Below are positions 48,474 through 58,880 of a DNA stretch of 64,000 bases, piece by piece. Position 1 is the stretch's first letter. Each line of letters starts with the position of its first letter. A program made the position numbers and the translations under genes. This DNA is from Candidatus Latescibacterota bacterium (GTDB lineage Bacteria; Latescibacterota; UBA2968; UBA8231): contig OZ244561.1 of NCBI GenBank assembly GCA_965217585.1, forward strand, positions 2,688,001 through 2,752,000. The letters are read 5' to 3'. The notes beneath the pieces are model-generated. The model saw only the letters and a program-made list of their open reading frames with translations, made no database searches and was not told the DNA's origin.

Positions 48474-49277
48474 ATGGCAACGGCTTTGCCGCTGGTGGCG
48501 CGGCCCGATCTCGAGGGCTATGTGCAGGCGATGAAGGACGACGGGTACGCCTATTTTCCCCAGGCGCTCAACGAGCAAGAGGTCGCCGACTTGCGCCAGG
48601 CCATGGACGAGCTGACCGCGCTGGAGGAAAGCTACGACCGCCACACCGACCCGGCCGCGCACGGCTTTCTCAACAAGAGCATTAACAACGCGTTCAACCG
48701 CGCGCCGGTCTTCACCCAGTACTTGGACCGGCCCGAAATCATCGACCTAGTCGAGGCGGTACACGGCGACGACTGCCACTGCATCGGCATGACGGCTTGG
48801 ATAACTGGCCCAGGTCGCCCGGACCAAACCCTGCACGCCGACTGGCAACCGCTGACCCTGCCCGAAGAAGTCATGGATCACCCAGAGGTAGAAATTCCGA
48901 TCTTTATCACCACGGCCCATTACTATCTCGACGATCTGACCGACGAGTTGGGGCCGACTCACTTCGTGCCAGGCAGCCACCGCGCGGGTAGGCGACCCCG
49001 TGCGGGTGAGACCAGCTTTAAGGGCATCGAGGAGCAGAGCATCTTGTGCAAGGCCGGCGACTGCGTGTTGTTCCGCTGCGAGGTCTGGCATCGAGGCACG
49101 GCCAATACGAGCGAGCAGACGCGCTACCTGCTGCAAGTACACTACGCCCAGCGCATTATCACCCAAAAGTACCCACCTTATCTGAACAAATTCCAATTCG
49201 ACGCGGCCCTGTTGGCACAGGCCACGCCACGGCAGCAGCGGCTTTTGGGTGACCACGTGCCGAGCAATTACGACTAG
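48474..49277 (+). CDS. phytanoyl-CoA dioxygenase (PhyH) family protein
   Basis: LHAD, GPT.FVPGSH and WHRG..N....RY. Confidence 0.88.
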   Translation: MATALPLVARPDLEGYVQAMKDDGYAYFPQALNEQEVADLRQAMDELTALEESYDRHTDPAAHGFLNKSINNAFNRAPVFTQYLDRPEIIDLVEAVHGDDCHCIGMTAWITGPGRPDQTLHADWQPLTLPEEVMDHPEVEIPIFITTAHYYLDDLTDELGPTHFVPGSHRAGRRPRAGETSFKGIEEQSILCKAGDCVLFRCEVWHRGTANTSEQTRYLLQVHYAQRIITQKYPPYLNKFQFDAALLAQATPRQQRLLGDHVPSNYD

Positions 49278-49280
49278 CAA

Positions 49281-49308
49281 GTAGGGGCGACCGGCCGGTC
49301 GCCCCTAC
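49281..49308. repeat. GTAG-type REP-like perfect palindrome (may also act as a terminator)
   Basis: GTAGGGGCGACCGGCCGGTCGCCCCTAC, a 28-bp perfect inverted repeat starting just after the stop codon. Confidence 0.7.
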
Positions 49309-49350
49309 CACCCGGATTACGGCCCCCGCCGAATGGATGAATAATACACT

Positions 49351-49722
49351 ATGGCTGATTCCCCCATATCCGTCCTGCTCTTCGAAGACAATCCCATTCA
49401 CGCCCGCCTGTTGCAGAACTTGCTGAAACCGGAATTTGCCGTGGAAGCGGTCGATCATTTAGCGGCTGGCCTAGTGCGGTTAGAAGCCGGTGGCATCGAC
49501 GCAATCCTCCTCGACCTGGTACTGCCCGACAGCCAAGAGATGGCCACCTTCGAGCGCGTCAAAGCAACCGTCCCGAATATCCCCGTACTGGTCCTGACTG
49601 GCCTCGATGACGAAGTGCTCGCCGAAGAGGCCGTAGCGGCCGGCGCCCGCGATTACCTAATCAAAACGCAGATCGATGGCGAGAGTTTGGCCCGGTCTAT
49701 CCGGGCGGCCGTAGCAGGTTAG
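49351..49722 (+). CDS. single-domain response regulator
   Basis: [17 protein letters not shown] and DYLIK. Confidence 0.9.
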   Translation: MADSPISVLLFEDNPIHARLLQNLLKPEFAVEAVDHLAAGLVRLEAGGIDAILLDLVLPDSQEMATFERVKATVPNIPVLVLTGLDDEVLAEEAVAAGARDYLIKTQIDGESLARSIRAAVAG

Positions 49723-49724
49723 CG

Positions 49725-52601
49725 ATGGGGGGCGATCCCCGCTTCCTGCGCAGGACCGGCTGGCTGGCGCGATTAGCAGCCTCCATGAGCGTACTCTCGG
49801 GTGCGCTGGTGCTATGGGGCTGGAACGCCGACGACGAATATCTCAAAAGCTTCATGCACATCAGTTGGGTGGCGACGCATCCGCTCGTGGCGATGCAGTT
49901 TATCTTGGCCGGCGCGGCGCTTTTGTTGTTACAGGCCGAGCCGCTGAGCCGCTGGCGGCGATATGCGGGCGTGGTGCTGGGGGCGACCGTGGTGCTGATC
50001 GCCGTGTTCAAGTTGGTCGGCTACCAGTACAACTGGGAGCGGGGCGTCGATACATACCTTTTTTACTTCAAGCTGGGCGGCTACCGGATGTCGCCCAATG
50101 CGGCTTTTTCCTTTTTGCTGATCGGCTTGGCTTTAGTGCTGATGGATGTGCGGGTGAGGGGCCGTGCCTATCTGCCGCAGATCTGCGTGCTCGCGGCGAC
50201 GGCCATTGGGCTTTTGTCGATGAGCAGCTACTTCCACAACGTGCTTCTGCTCTACGGGATAGCCGGGTATGTGCCGGTCGTCCCCGACACGGCAACCGAA
50301 TTCCTCATCCTCTGCGCTGGCATGCTCTGCGCCCGGCCGCACCGCGAGCCGATCGCCACCATAATCAGCACTACGGAGGGCGGCTCCGTGGCGCGCCGCC
50401 TCTTGCCGGCCGCCTTTGCCATTCCCCTCGTGCTCGACTGGGTGCGCATGCAGGGCGAGGGCCTCTATGGCTACGAGTTTGGCCTCTCGCTCTTTACGCT
50501 GCTCAACATTTTGGCCTTTGCCCTGCTCATTTGGTGGAACGCCGCGTCGCTGTCGCGGGTCGATGCGGAAAGGCGGCGCTCGGAAGAGCAGCTACAAGAG
50601 CAATACCGCCTAACCGCGGCGACGGCGCAATCCGAGCACGAGGCCCTGTTGGCACTCGAAGAATCGCAGGAGGCCCTGCGCGACGCCAAGGAGCAGGCCG
50701 AAGCAGCCAATTATGCCAAGGGCGCGTTCTTGGCCAATATGAGCCACGAGATCCGCACCCCAATGAACGGCATCATTGGCATGACTGAGCTCTTGGGGCG
50801 CACCCGGCTCGAATCTCAGCAGCGCAACTACTTGACTTTGGTGCAGCAGTCGGCTGAAGCCCTGCTGTCCCTGCTCAACGACATCCTCGACTTCTCCAAA
50901 GTCGAAGCAGGACGCTTGGCGCTGGAGAGGATCGAGTTCGGCCTGCGCGACGAGGTGGGCAACGCCGTGCAGACACTGGCCATGCACGCGGCGAGCAAAA
51001 ACGTAGAGCTCGTATGCCACATCCCCGCGGACGTCCCCGACCGCTTGGTCGGCGATCCGCGCCGCTTGCGCCAAGTGGTGATCAACTTGGTGGGCAATGC
51101 TGTCAAGTTTACCGAAGAGGGCGAAGTGGAAGTTGGCCTAGCAGTGGAAGAAGCCTTGCCGGACGCCGTGTGTTTGCGCCTGTGGGTGCGCGATACTGGG
51201 ATCGGCATCGCGCCGGAGAAACGGGCGCAGATCTTCGACTCTTTCAGCCAAGTCGATAGCTCGACCTCGCGGCGCTTTGGCGGCTCCGGCTTGGGCTTGG
51301 CCATTTCGCAGCAGCTAGTCGAGCTGATGGGGGGCCGCATCTGGGTCGAGAGCGAGGAGGGCAAAGGCAGCACCTTTTACTGCACGGTCCGCTTAGGGCT
51401 GGGGACGCCGGAAACCAAGCGCACCGATCAGGTCTCGCTGCGGGGGCTAAAGGTCTTAGTCGCCGACGACCATGCGACCAATCGGCGGATCCTCGAAGAG
51501 ATCCTCAAAAGCTGGGCGATGGAGGTCGAGCTGGTGGAGAGCGGCTCAGCTGCCATCGCAGCCTTAGAGGTCGTGGAGCAGCCCTTCGACTTGGTGCTGA
51601 TGGATCTGATGATGCCGGATATGGACGGCCTAGAAACGGTAGCGAGGATCCGCGAGAACGCAGCGTTTGCCCAAGTGCCGGTGCTGCTGCTTTCCTCGGC
51701 CGACCGAGCCGAATACAGCGCGCGGTCGCGCTCCTTGGGCATTGCCCGCAGCCTAATCAAGCCGGTCAAGCAGTCGGACCTGCTAGAGGCTATTGTCGTG
51801 GCTCTCGAAGCCGCCCCGCCGGTGGATGCGTATGTGCCCGGGGACCAGCCGACGACTGTTGAGCGCCGCCGCATCCTCTTGGCCGAGGATGGGGTGATCA
51901 ACCAGCAGGTAGCCGTGCGGCTACTGGAGGAGCGCGGCCACTCCGTAGTGGTCGTGAACAATGGCCGCGCAGCCATGGAGCAGGTGGCCGCGCAGCCCTT
52001 CGACGTGGTGCTGATGGACGTGCAAATGCCGGATATGGACGGCCTAGAGGCCACGGCGGCCATTCGCCAAGCAGAGACGCCGACCGGCGAGCACATCCCA
52101 ATCATCGCCATGACCGCCCATGCCATGAAAGGCGACCGCGACCGCTTCTTGGCGGCGGGCATGGACGGTTATGTCGCCAAGCCCGTGCGCCCGCACGAGC
52201 TGTACGCGGCCGTGGAGGGGCTGCACCGCGCCTTGAGGCGTGAATTCGCGCCTGCGGATGTGTCCTTCGAGTGGGATGCCGCACTCGACCGCGTCGGCGG
52301 CGACGAGGCTATGCTGCGCGATCTAGCGGAGATGTTTTTTGCCGAGTGCCCCAAGCTGATGCAGCAGATCCGCGAGCACATCGCCGGCGCGGACGGCCCC
52401 GAATTGCGGCGGGCTGCACATACGCTCAAAGGGTCGGCGCAGGTTTTCGGAGCGGAGGAAACGGCTGAGGCTGCGCATCGGTTGGAGGAAATCGGACGCG
52501 AGGAAGCGTTTGCCGACGCTAGAGAGGCGCTAGCGTTGTTGGACGATGAAGTGGCGCGGTTGCTGCCGGCCTTGCGGGAGCGGATTGCGACTAGCGCGTA
52601 A
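49725..52601 (+). CDS. hybrid sensor histidine kinase (membrane sensor, HisKA, HATPase, two REC, Hpt)
   Basis: [33 protein letters not shown], two receiver domains and AHTLKGS. Confidence 0.95.
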   Translation: MGGDPRFLRRTGWLARLAASMSVLSGALVLWGWNADDEYLKSFMHISWVATHPLVAMQFILAGAALLLLQAEPLSRWRRYAGVVLGATVVLIAVFKLVGYQYNWERGVDTYLFYFKLGGYRMSPNAAFSFLLIGLALVLMDVRVRGRAYLPQICVLAATAIGLLSMSSYFHNVLLLYGIAGYVPVVPDTATEFLILCAGMLCARPHREPIATIISTTEGGSVARRLLPAAFAIPLVLDWVRMQGEGLYGYEFGLSLFTLLNILAFALLIWWNAASLSRVDAERRRSEEQLQEQYRLTAATAQSEHEALLALEESQEALRDAKEQAEAANYAKGAFLANMSHEIRTPMNGIIGMTELLGRTRLESQQRNYLTLVQQSAEALLSLLNDILDFSKVEAGRLALERIEFGLRDEVGNAVQTLAMHAASKNVELVCHIPADVPDRLVGDPRRLRQVVINLVGNAVKFTEEGEVEVGLAVEEALPDAVCLRLWVRDTGIGIAPEKRAQIFDSFSQVDSSTSRRFGGSGLGLAISQQLVELMGGRIWVESEEGKGSTFYCTVRLGLGTPETKRTDQVSLRGLKVLVADDHATNRRILEEILKSWAMEVELVESGSAAIAALEVVEQPFDLVLMDLMMPDMDGLETVARIRENAAFAQVPVLLLSSADRAEYSARSRSLGIARSLIKPVKQSDLLEAIVVALEAAPPVDAYVPGDQPTTVERRRILLAEDGVINQQVAVRLLEERGHSVVVVNNGRAAMEQVAAQPFDVVLMDVQMPDMDGLEATAAIRQAETPTGEHIPIIAMTAHAMKGDRDRFLAAGMDGYVAKPVRPHELYAAVEGLHRALRREFAPADVSFEWDAALDRVGGDEAMLRDLAEMFFAECPKLMQQIREHIAGADGPELRRAAHTLKGSAQVFGAEETAEAAHRLEEIGREEAFADAREALALLDDEVARLLPALRERIATSA

Positions 52602-52622
52602 CGCCGAAGGAGAAAGCAGACG

Positions 52623-52952
52623 ATGGAACGCGTTTATACCACGCAGGACTTGGCCATGCTCAGCCACCTCAAAAACGCGCTGGCCGCGCAGGGCATTGAA
52701 TGCGTTTTGCGCGGTCAGCATCTGCTCGGCGGAGTGGGCGAATTGCCTCCGATCGAATGCTGGCCGGAATTGTGGGTTTTGGACGACAGACAGGCCGCGG
52801 CAGCGAAGTCGCACATCGACACTCTGTTCGCAACGGCTGCTAAAGACGAGGTGCCTTGGACCTGCGCCGCGTGCGGTGAGGAGTGCCCGGGGGCGTTTAC
52901 GGACTGTTGGAGCTGCGGCGCGGCTAGAGCCGAAAAGAGCGAGACTCCCTAA
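52623..52952 (+). CDS. DUF2007 domain protein with C-terminal zinc ribbon
   Basis: L...GIEC, GELP...WPELWV and WTCAACGE....F..CWSCG. Confidence 0.8.
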   Translation: MERVYTTQDLAMLSHLKNALAAQGIECVLRGQHLLGGVGELPPIECWPELWVLDDRQAAAAKSHIDTLFATAAKDEVPWTCAACGEECPGAFTDCWSCGAARAEKSETP

Positions 52953-53005
52953 ATACGGCCCCACCGGTGCGCTGCTCCCCGAATTGGAAAAGACCGCTAA
53001 GACGC

Positions 53006-54406
53006 ATGAACAAGACAGAAAATAGCGCACCCAATATCGTGCTGATCGTCACCGATCAACAGCGCTGGGACACGCTCGGCTACTTGGGCTACGACCACGT
53101 CATCACTCCGCATATTGACCGGCTGGCCGCCCGGGGCGTAGCGTTCAGTCGCGCCTTTGTGCAAGGGGCCGTTTGCGGCCCGTCGCGCAACAGCATCGTC
53201 TCGGGCCAGTACGTCCACACCCACGGCATTGACCGCAACGAGGCGTGGCTGACGCCCGAACAGCCCAACTGGATCGCGCAGCTTAGGGACGGCGGCTACC
53301 ACACGGTCAACATCGGCAAAATGCACACCGCGCCCATCCGCCTGCCGTGCGGCTTCCGCCACCGCACGGTCGTCGAAAACAAGAATTATCGGCAGGGCCA
53401 CCACGGCCCAGACGCGGACGACTACGACTTGTACCTGATGCAATTCGGGCTTAGGCGACCGGCGCTGACCTACTACCGCGACGTGCCCAATTGGCCGGAT
53501 TACTTGGGCGCGGCCGTGTGGCCGCACGACGAAGCCTTGTTTATCGACAACTGCATTGGGCGCTGGAGCGTGGAGGCGATTCACTCGCACGACTTTGCCA
53601 AGCCGCTCTTCCTGTGGAGCGGTTTCGCCGGCCCGCACGACCCCTTTGACGCGCCCGCGTCCTCGCTGGTGCGCTACGAGGGCGTGGAGATTCCCGACCC
53701 CGTGGGGATCCCCAACGAACTCGACACCAAGCCACCGCCACAGCGCCAAGCCATGGAGGGCATGGACGGCAAACGCGCGCCCGCGGCGATCTGGTGGAGC
53801 CGAGCGACCCCGGAGCGCATTCGCCGCATGCGCCGACACTACTACGCCAACATCACGGCTATTGACGATTGGGTCGGCGCGATGGTCGCGGCCATCGACG
53901 AGCGGGGCGAACTGGACAGCACGATTTTCGCGTTTACCTCGGACCACGGCGACTGCCTCGGCGACCATCACCAAGTCTATAAGTTCTCGTCCCACTACGA
54001 CTCGGTGGCGCGAGTACCGCTTGTTTTTGCCGGTCCCGGAGTCGAGCGGCTGGGGACGCGCGATCCGCTAGTAGAGCTGATTGACCTAGGCCCGACCCTG
54101 TTGGAAGTGGCGGGATTGGGGCCGTTGGTCGGGGCGGCTGGGCTTTCTTTGGGGCCGCTGTTGCGCGGAGAAGAGGCCGTATTACACGAGACCGTATTTT
54201 CCGAGTACGGCCCGCGCATCATGGCGCGAACCGAGGCGTGGAAATTGGTTTTTTACCCCGGGGAACCCTACGGGGAGTTGTATCATTTAGAAGAGGACCC
54301 GGACGAACTGTACAATCTGTACGACGATCCGGCTCATGCGGGGGCGCGGGGAGCCATGGTGGAGCGGATGATGGATTGGTACGGCAAGACGCGGATGCAG
54401 CGCTAG
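53006..54406 (+). CDS. sulfatase (choline-sulfatase-like family)
   Basis: PNIVLI.TDQQR, CGPSR formylglycine motif, GKMH, PHDP and TSDHGD. Confidence 0.92.
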   Translation: MNKTENSAPNIVLIVTDQQRWDTLGYLGYDHVITPHIDRLAARGVAFSRAFVQGAVCGPSRNSIVSGQYVHTHGIDRNEAWLTPEQPNWIAQLRDGGYHTVNIGKMHTAPIRLPCGFRHRTVVENKNYRQGHHGPDADDYDLYLMQFGLRRPALTYYRDVPNWPDYLGAAVWPHDEALFIDNCIGRWSVEAIHSHDFAKPLFLWSGFAGPHDPFDAPASSLVRYEGVEIPDPVGIPNELDTKPPPQRQAMEGMDGKRAPAAIWWSRATPERIRRMRRHYYANITAIDDWVGAMVAAIDERGELDSTIFAFTSDHGDCLGDHHQVYKFSSHYDSVARVPLVFAGPGVERLGTRDPLVELIDLGPTLLEVAGLGPLVGAAGLSLGPLLRGEEAVLHETVFSEYGPRIMARTEAWKLVFYPGEPYGELYHLEEDPDELYNLYDDPAHAGARGAMVERMMDWYGKTRMQR

Positions 54407-54447
54407 CCGAGAAAATCGACGCTGATTAGAGAAAGGACGCGAGGTTC

Positions 54448-55899
54448 GTGATTCCCATCGACATGCCAGACGCGGTCAAGCGCGCAGACGGCAGTGCGCG
54501 CTTTGCGTACGTCACTTTTGTGATGATGAACGACAGCTACGTGCCCGGTGCGCTCCTGCTGGCCTACGGACTGCGCCGGCAGTGGACCGAGGCGGATATA
54601 GTCTGTCTAGTCACACCCGAAGTCACGGCTGACGCCCGCGATGCGCTCGCGGTGCTCTACGATCACGTGGTTGAGGTCGAGACCGTGTGCGTGCCGCACA
54701 AGCGCAGCCATCAGCGGCGGGACCGGCCCTTTTGGTTTACCCGGCAGAATGCCTTGCGCCTCGGGGCCGACGGGGACTTGGGCCTATCCTACGAGAAGAT
54801 CGTGGTCCTCGACGCCGATGTGCTGCCGTTGAAGTGGTTCGATCACCTTTTTACGCTCGACGCGCCTTCCGGGGTCTTAAACGAGCGCAAAGAGCACTGC
54901 ATTGAGGAGGACGATCAGGGCCAGTACATCGTCCCGCAAAACTTGCACGTCGGCACCGAGTGGAAGTGGCACCGCCTGTACGCGGCTTGTCCCCACGGCC
55001 AAGCCATTCCCCGAGAAATTACCGATCGGGTCGCAGCCGACCCCGGCAACAACACCGGCATCAGCGGTTCGCTCTACGTATGGGAACCTTCCATGCGGGA
55101 GTTCCTCGACATCTGTGAGGCGATCGCCAAGCCCCCGGTAGTCGAATACGTCACAGACCTATTCGACTACCCAGACATGCAGTACATGACGATGCGCTAT
55201 TCCGGGAGTTGGAAGAGCATCGACTTGCGCTTTATAGGGTTCAAGGGCTATCCAGGGCTAAAGGCGCTCTTCGGCACCCACTACGCTGGATTCAAGCCTT
55301 GGTATTTCAAGCAGCCGCAAGTGCTCAAGCGCTATAGTCAGTACGAGGATTTTGCGTACTGGTATCGGGAGTACTTGGCGATGGTGTGGGTGGATTATTC
55401 CGATTTGCGGAAAATCAAACGGCTTGCGAGACTCGACGAGGATATCCGGGCGCTGACCGGCATCCAAATCGGCGAGATGCAAGACAGATGCTCGGAGAAA
55501 AACAATCCGCGCCAGCGAAAGGAGCACACTGTGAACATACACGTGGGTAATTTGGCGAAGACGACCAAAAAGGAGGCGCTGATCGAGCTCTTCCAACCGT
55601 ATGGGAAGGTAGTGGCCGCCACTATCGCCCGAGACAAGAAGAACGGTGCCTCGCGCGGCTTCGGTTACGTGGAGATGGCTACCCGGCACGAAGGCGAAGA
55701 GGCCATCGCCCATCTCAACGACAAGGAGTTCGAGGGGCAGAAGTTGCACCTCAGCGAGGCGCACGAAGGCAAGGGCAAGGGCGGGCGCGGGTCGGGCAAG
55801 GGCGACCGCGCTGACCAGCAGCACAGTAGTTTTTTCTCCGCCCGCGGCGGTCAGCACAACGCGGGCAATATGCGGCGGAGTGGGCGGCGGGGTTCCTAG
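54448..55899 (+). CDS. glycogenin-like GT8 glycosyltransferase fused in frame to an RRM RNA-binding domain with a Gly/Arg-rich tail
   Basis: AYVT....DSYVPGAL.L...LR, LDAD (DxD) and HY.G.KPW. From 55531: NIHVGNL (RNP2), RGFGYVEM (RNP1) and an RGG-like tail. Confidence 0.8.
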   Translation: MIPIDMPDAVKRADGSARFAYVTFVMMNDSYVPGALLLAYGLRRQWTEADIVCLVTPEVTADARDALAVLYDHVVEVETVCVPHKRSHQRRDRPFWFTRQNALRLGADGDLGLSYEKIVVLDADVLPLKWFDHLFTLDAPSGVLNERKEHCIEEDDQGQYIVPQNLHVGTEWKWHRLYAACPHGQAIPREITDRVAADPGNNTGISGSLYVWEPSMREFLDICEAIAKPPVVEYVTDLFDYPDMQYMTMRYSGSWKSIDLRFIGFKGYPGLKALFGTHYAGFKPWYFKQPQVLKRYSQYEDFAYWYREYLAMVWVDYSDLRKIKRLARLDEDIRALTGIQIGEMQDRCSEKNNPRQRKEHTVNIHVGNLAKTTKKEALIELFQPYGKVVAATIARDKKNGASRGFGYVEMATRHEGEEAIAHLNDKEFEGQKLHLSEAHEGKGKGGRGSGKGDRADQQHSSFFSARGGQHNAGNMRRSGRRGS

Positions 55900-58241
55900 T
55901 CTGGGCGATCATAAAGCAGCAACCGCGCGAGGATGGGGTCGTGGTCGCTGGCTTGGTTGGGGAACTCGGTGTTGACGTGGACATGGTCGAACTCGGGCTG
56001 GAGCGCGATCAGAGCCGAGCTGACCAGCAGGTGATCGAGCTGCTGGGAAATTCCCTGAAAGTTATAGGAATAGGCCAAATCTCCATCCACCGCGTCGCCG
56101 AGATTGAAGAGGATCGGCGGGGTGCCGGCGAGCGTTTGCAGGACATCGCCCGGCGGCGGTTGTACTGGGGCGAGCGGAAACGGGCACTCGTTGAAATCCC
56201 CGAGCACGACGATGTTGGCGTTGGGATCGGCGGTCAGCAGCTCGGCGACGAGGTCGTGGATGAACGCGGCCTGCGCGAGGCGCTTGGCAAGCCCGCCATT
56301 CGTCGGCGGCTGGATTCGACCGAAGAGGGGTGGACTGCCAGACTTGGACGAGAAGTGGCAGTTGATCACCGTCAGCTTGGTTCCCTTGAAATCGAACGCG
56401 GCCTTGAGCGGTTTGCGGCTGTTGCGGAAGGCATCGTCGCCATCGGTGGCTTCAATGCGTTCCACCGAACCAATCAGGGCCACCCGACCGGGCTGGTAGA
56501 GGTACGCAACGCGGATATTGCCGCCCGGCTGGCCGCCGTCGGCCCCATCTGGGGGCGCGACATCCGCGTACGCGTACCTCGGACCACCGGCCGCAGCAAT
56601 GGCGGCAATGAGCGTTTGCGCCGTCTGGTCCGCTGAAGTGGTGCCGTCGTTGGCCGCGCCACTGTTGTCCTGCACTTCCTGCAAGGCCAGCACATCCGGT
56701 GCGCCTAGGCGATGGACAATTTGGTCGGCAATGGCAGTGAATTGACCGTCCGCTAGGTCCGCACTTTTGTCGTCGTCATTGGGATCGAGATTGAACACGT
56801 TGAAACTGCCCACCGTCAGATACTGGGCCGTGCCGACGAGGGTGGTAGTTTCCGGCACTAAGTCGGCGCTCTCGACCACCGGCTTGGTCAAGACGAGTAC
56901 CTCAAAGTTGCCAAAGCGGTAGCTAATCGGGCCGCGCACATCGCCGAGGGCATCGCCGACCTGCGCGGCCGGCATGGCACCGGGTAGCAGGCTGTCGTCG
57001 AGCTGGATGCGCTGCGGATGCAGGGTATTCGGCGTTAGATTCAACCCCCCCCGCGAATTGAGCCGCTGCCCTGCACCAGCGTTGGCGAGGACGACAATCT
57101 CGCCAAAGCGGTTGGTCGGACTAATGGCGACCGCGTCCTGCACCTCCACCAGCATTCCCTCCAGCGACTCGTAAAAGTCAATGCCGTCCTCGGCCGGGTC
57201 GAAAACTGCGAAGCGGTCGTTGTCGATCACCCTTGTCGGCGGCTGGCGGCCGGCCGCGCCAATGGCCACTGGAGCCGGTATGGGGTTGCCGGTTGACACG
57301 ATCTTAATGCGGTCGGGCTGCGAGAATTCGGTTATCGACAGATTGTTGGTAGCCGCGCCGCCGGGAATGTATTCGATCACGGTGCCGGTCACTTGTACCT
57401 CGTCGCCGACGGAGACCTTCGGGGCATTTTTGGTAAAGACGAACATCCCGTCGGATGTGCGCTCATCGCCGTCTCCGGTTGCGTCTTGGAAGTAGAAGCC
57501 ATTGCGAGCGACAGCCGTTACAATGCCCCGAGTTGCCACTTGCTCGCCCTCGTGCGGCGAGATGTGGCCCGCCCCCTGAATTTTGCAGATCCTGAGCACC
57601 GGGGGAGACGCGATGTGGGCCTCGCTTGGGGTGTTGTCGTTGATTGCCGCGTCTGTGCCGAAGACCTGTTCGGCATTTACGGCACCAAAGCTAGATTGGG
57701 TTGGTATGCTCCAAAAAAAATTACCCGACGCGGTGCCGGTGCCCTTTAGTTGCAGGGAAAATTCCACCGGCGTGGAGCCGGATTCGGCAACCCTGATGTC
57801 GGTGCTGGTCATGCCGTCAGCGGGTCCACCTGCTGCCGTGAAGGTCCCTTCGTAACTGAGGAACTGGACGACCTGCCCGTTGGCGACTAGGGCGATCCCG
57901 TCGGGGGCACCGTTTTGGATGCTTTTTGCAAAGCCGAAGGCGATCGTTCCGAACCCGTTGGCCTGATCCGGTATGATCCCGCTTAAGGGCTTAGTACGGT
58001 ATAAGGTGCCATTCCTCCCATTGTAGAGTGCCAGTGCCCAGCCGGAAAGATCGGTCTCGGCTGGCCCGGCGACCTCAATGGCTTCGCCAGTATCTTTGCC
58101 GATGTTGTCGTAGTGAATTTCGTTGATGAATGCAGTTTGCCCCAGCAACGGCCCGGCCCCAATCGAGAGTAGCGAGGCGCAAAAAGCTGATCGGCGAAGC
58201 CAGCCCAATTGGGGCTTGGCGAGTGTAGCGAACATGGTCAA
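55896..58241 (-). CDS. extracellular nuclease, ExeM/NucH-like (lamin-tail, OB-fold and EEP domains)
   Basis: FINEIHYDN, IQG..H.SP, ESLEGM, FNVFN, LQEVQ, GDFN, LDH and SDHDP. Confidence 0.88.
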   Translation of the reverse strand: MTMFATLAKPQLGWLRRSAFCASLLSIGAGPLLGQTAFINEIHYDNIGKDTGEAIEVAGPAETDLSGWALALYNGRNGTLYRTKPLSGIIPDQANGFGTIAFGFAKSIQNGAPDGIALVANGQVVQFLSYEGTFTAAGGPADGMTSTDIRVAESGSTPVEFSLQLKGTGTASGNFFWSIPTQSSFGAVNAEQVFGTDAAINDNTPSEAHIASPPVLRICKIQGAGHISPHEGEQVATRGIVTAVARNGFYFQDATGDGDERTSDGMFVFTKNAPKVSVGDEVQVTGTVIEYIPGGAATNNLSITEFSQPDRIKIVSTGNPIPAPVAIGAAGRQPPTRVIDNDRFAVFDPAEDGIDFYESLEGMLVEVQDAVAISPTNRFGEIVVLANAGAGQRLNSRGGLNLTPNTLHPQRIQLDDSLLPGAMPAAQVGDALGDVRGPISYRFGNFEVLVLTKPVVESADLVPETTTLVGTAQYLTVGSFNVFNLDPNDDDKSADLADGQFTAIADQIVHRLGAPDVLALQEVQDNSGAANDGTTSADQTAQTLIAAIAAAGGPRYAYADVAPPDGADGGQPGGNIRVAYLYQPGRVALIGSVERIEATDGDDAFRNSRKPLKAAFDFKGTKLTVINCHFSSKSGSPPLFGRIQPPTNGGLAKRLAQAAFIHDLVAELLTADPNANIVVLGDFNECPFPLAPVQPPPGDVLQTLAGTPPILFNLGDAVDGDLAYSYNFQGISQQLDHLLVSSALIALQPEFDHVHVNTEFPNQASDHDPILARLLLYDRPD

Positions 58242-58283
58242 CCCTCTTCGTTGGCGGCAAGTAGGGCTTGGATGAGGATGTCC

Positions 58284-58880
58284 TCAGCCGCGTACCCGAC
58301 GCAACAGCATCAATAATTCGGCGTGGCTTTGGACGCGGAAGTCGGCTTCGGCAGTCCAGAGATCCTGGCCCTCAGCGTCGTAGTAGATGGTGGTGACTTC
58401 GGCGCGGCGGCCGGCCTCTAGGTCGTAGCGGAAGTCGCCGACCATCACGGCGGTTGCCGGCGCGGCATCCCAAGCGGCAAGTAGTTTGTGGATGCCATCG
58501 GGGTCGGGCTTGGGGGCGGCCTCGTCGCGGCCTAAGACGTGGGCGGGATCAAAGAATTCGGCGAGGTCGCAAACGGCGAGCGTCTGCAACGCATTGGCGT
58601 GGTTATTGCGGGTGAGGATGCCGAGTTGGGCACCGCGTTGGACCAGTGAGGTTAGCAGTTCGTGGACGCCAGGTAGGGGCTGGGCGCGGAGCGCGTACTC
58701 GCGTTCGAGCGCGGCAAGGCGGCGTCTGAGCACGGCTGCTTCGGCGGCGGGGCGGGCGTCAATCTCTTCGAGCATGCCCTTGCCCAAAGGCAGGCCCAAC
58801 TTCTGGCGCATATCGCCGAAATCAATGGCGCTATCGGCGAGGGTGTTATCGAGATCGAAGATCCAGTGGGTGAAGTTCAT
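58284..58880 (-). CDS. HAD family hydrolase
   Basis: FDLDNTL, KPDPDG and MVGD...D. Confidence 0.9.
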   Translation of the reverse strand: MNFTHWIFDLDNTLADSAIDFGDMRQKLGLPLGKGMLEEIDARPAAEAAVLRRRLAALEREYALRAQPLPGVHELLTSLVQRGAQLGILTRNNHANALQTLAVCDLAEFFDPAHVLGRDEAAPKPDPDGIHKLLAAWDAAPATAVMVGDFRYDLEAGRRAEVTTIYYDAEGQDLWTAEADFRVQSHAELLMLLRRVRG

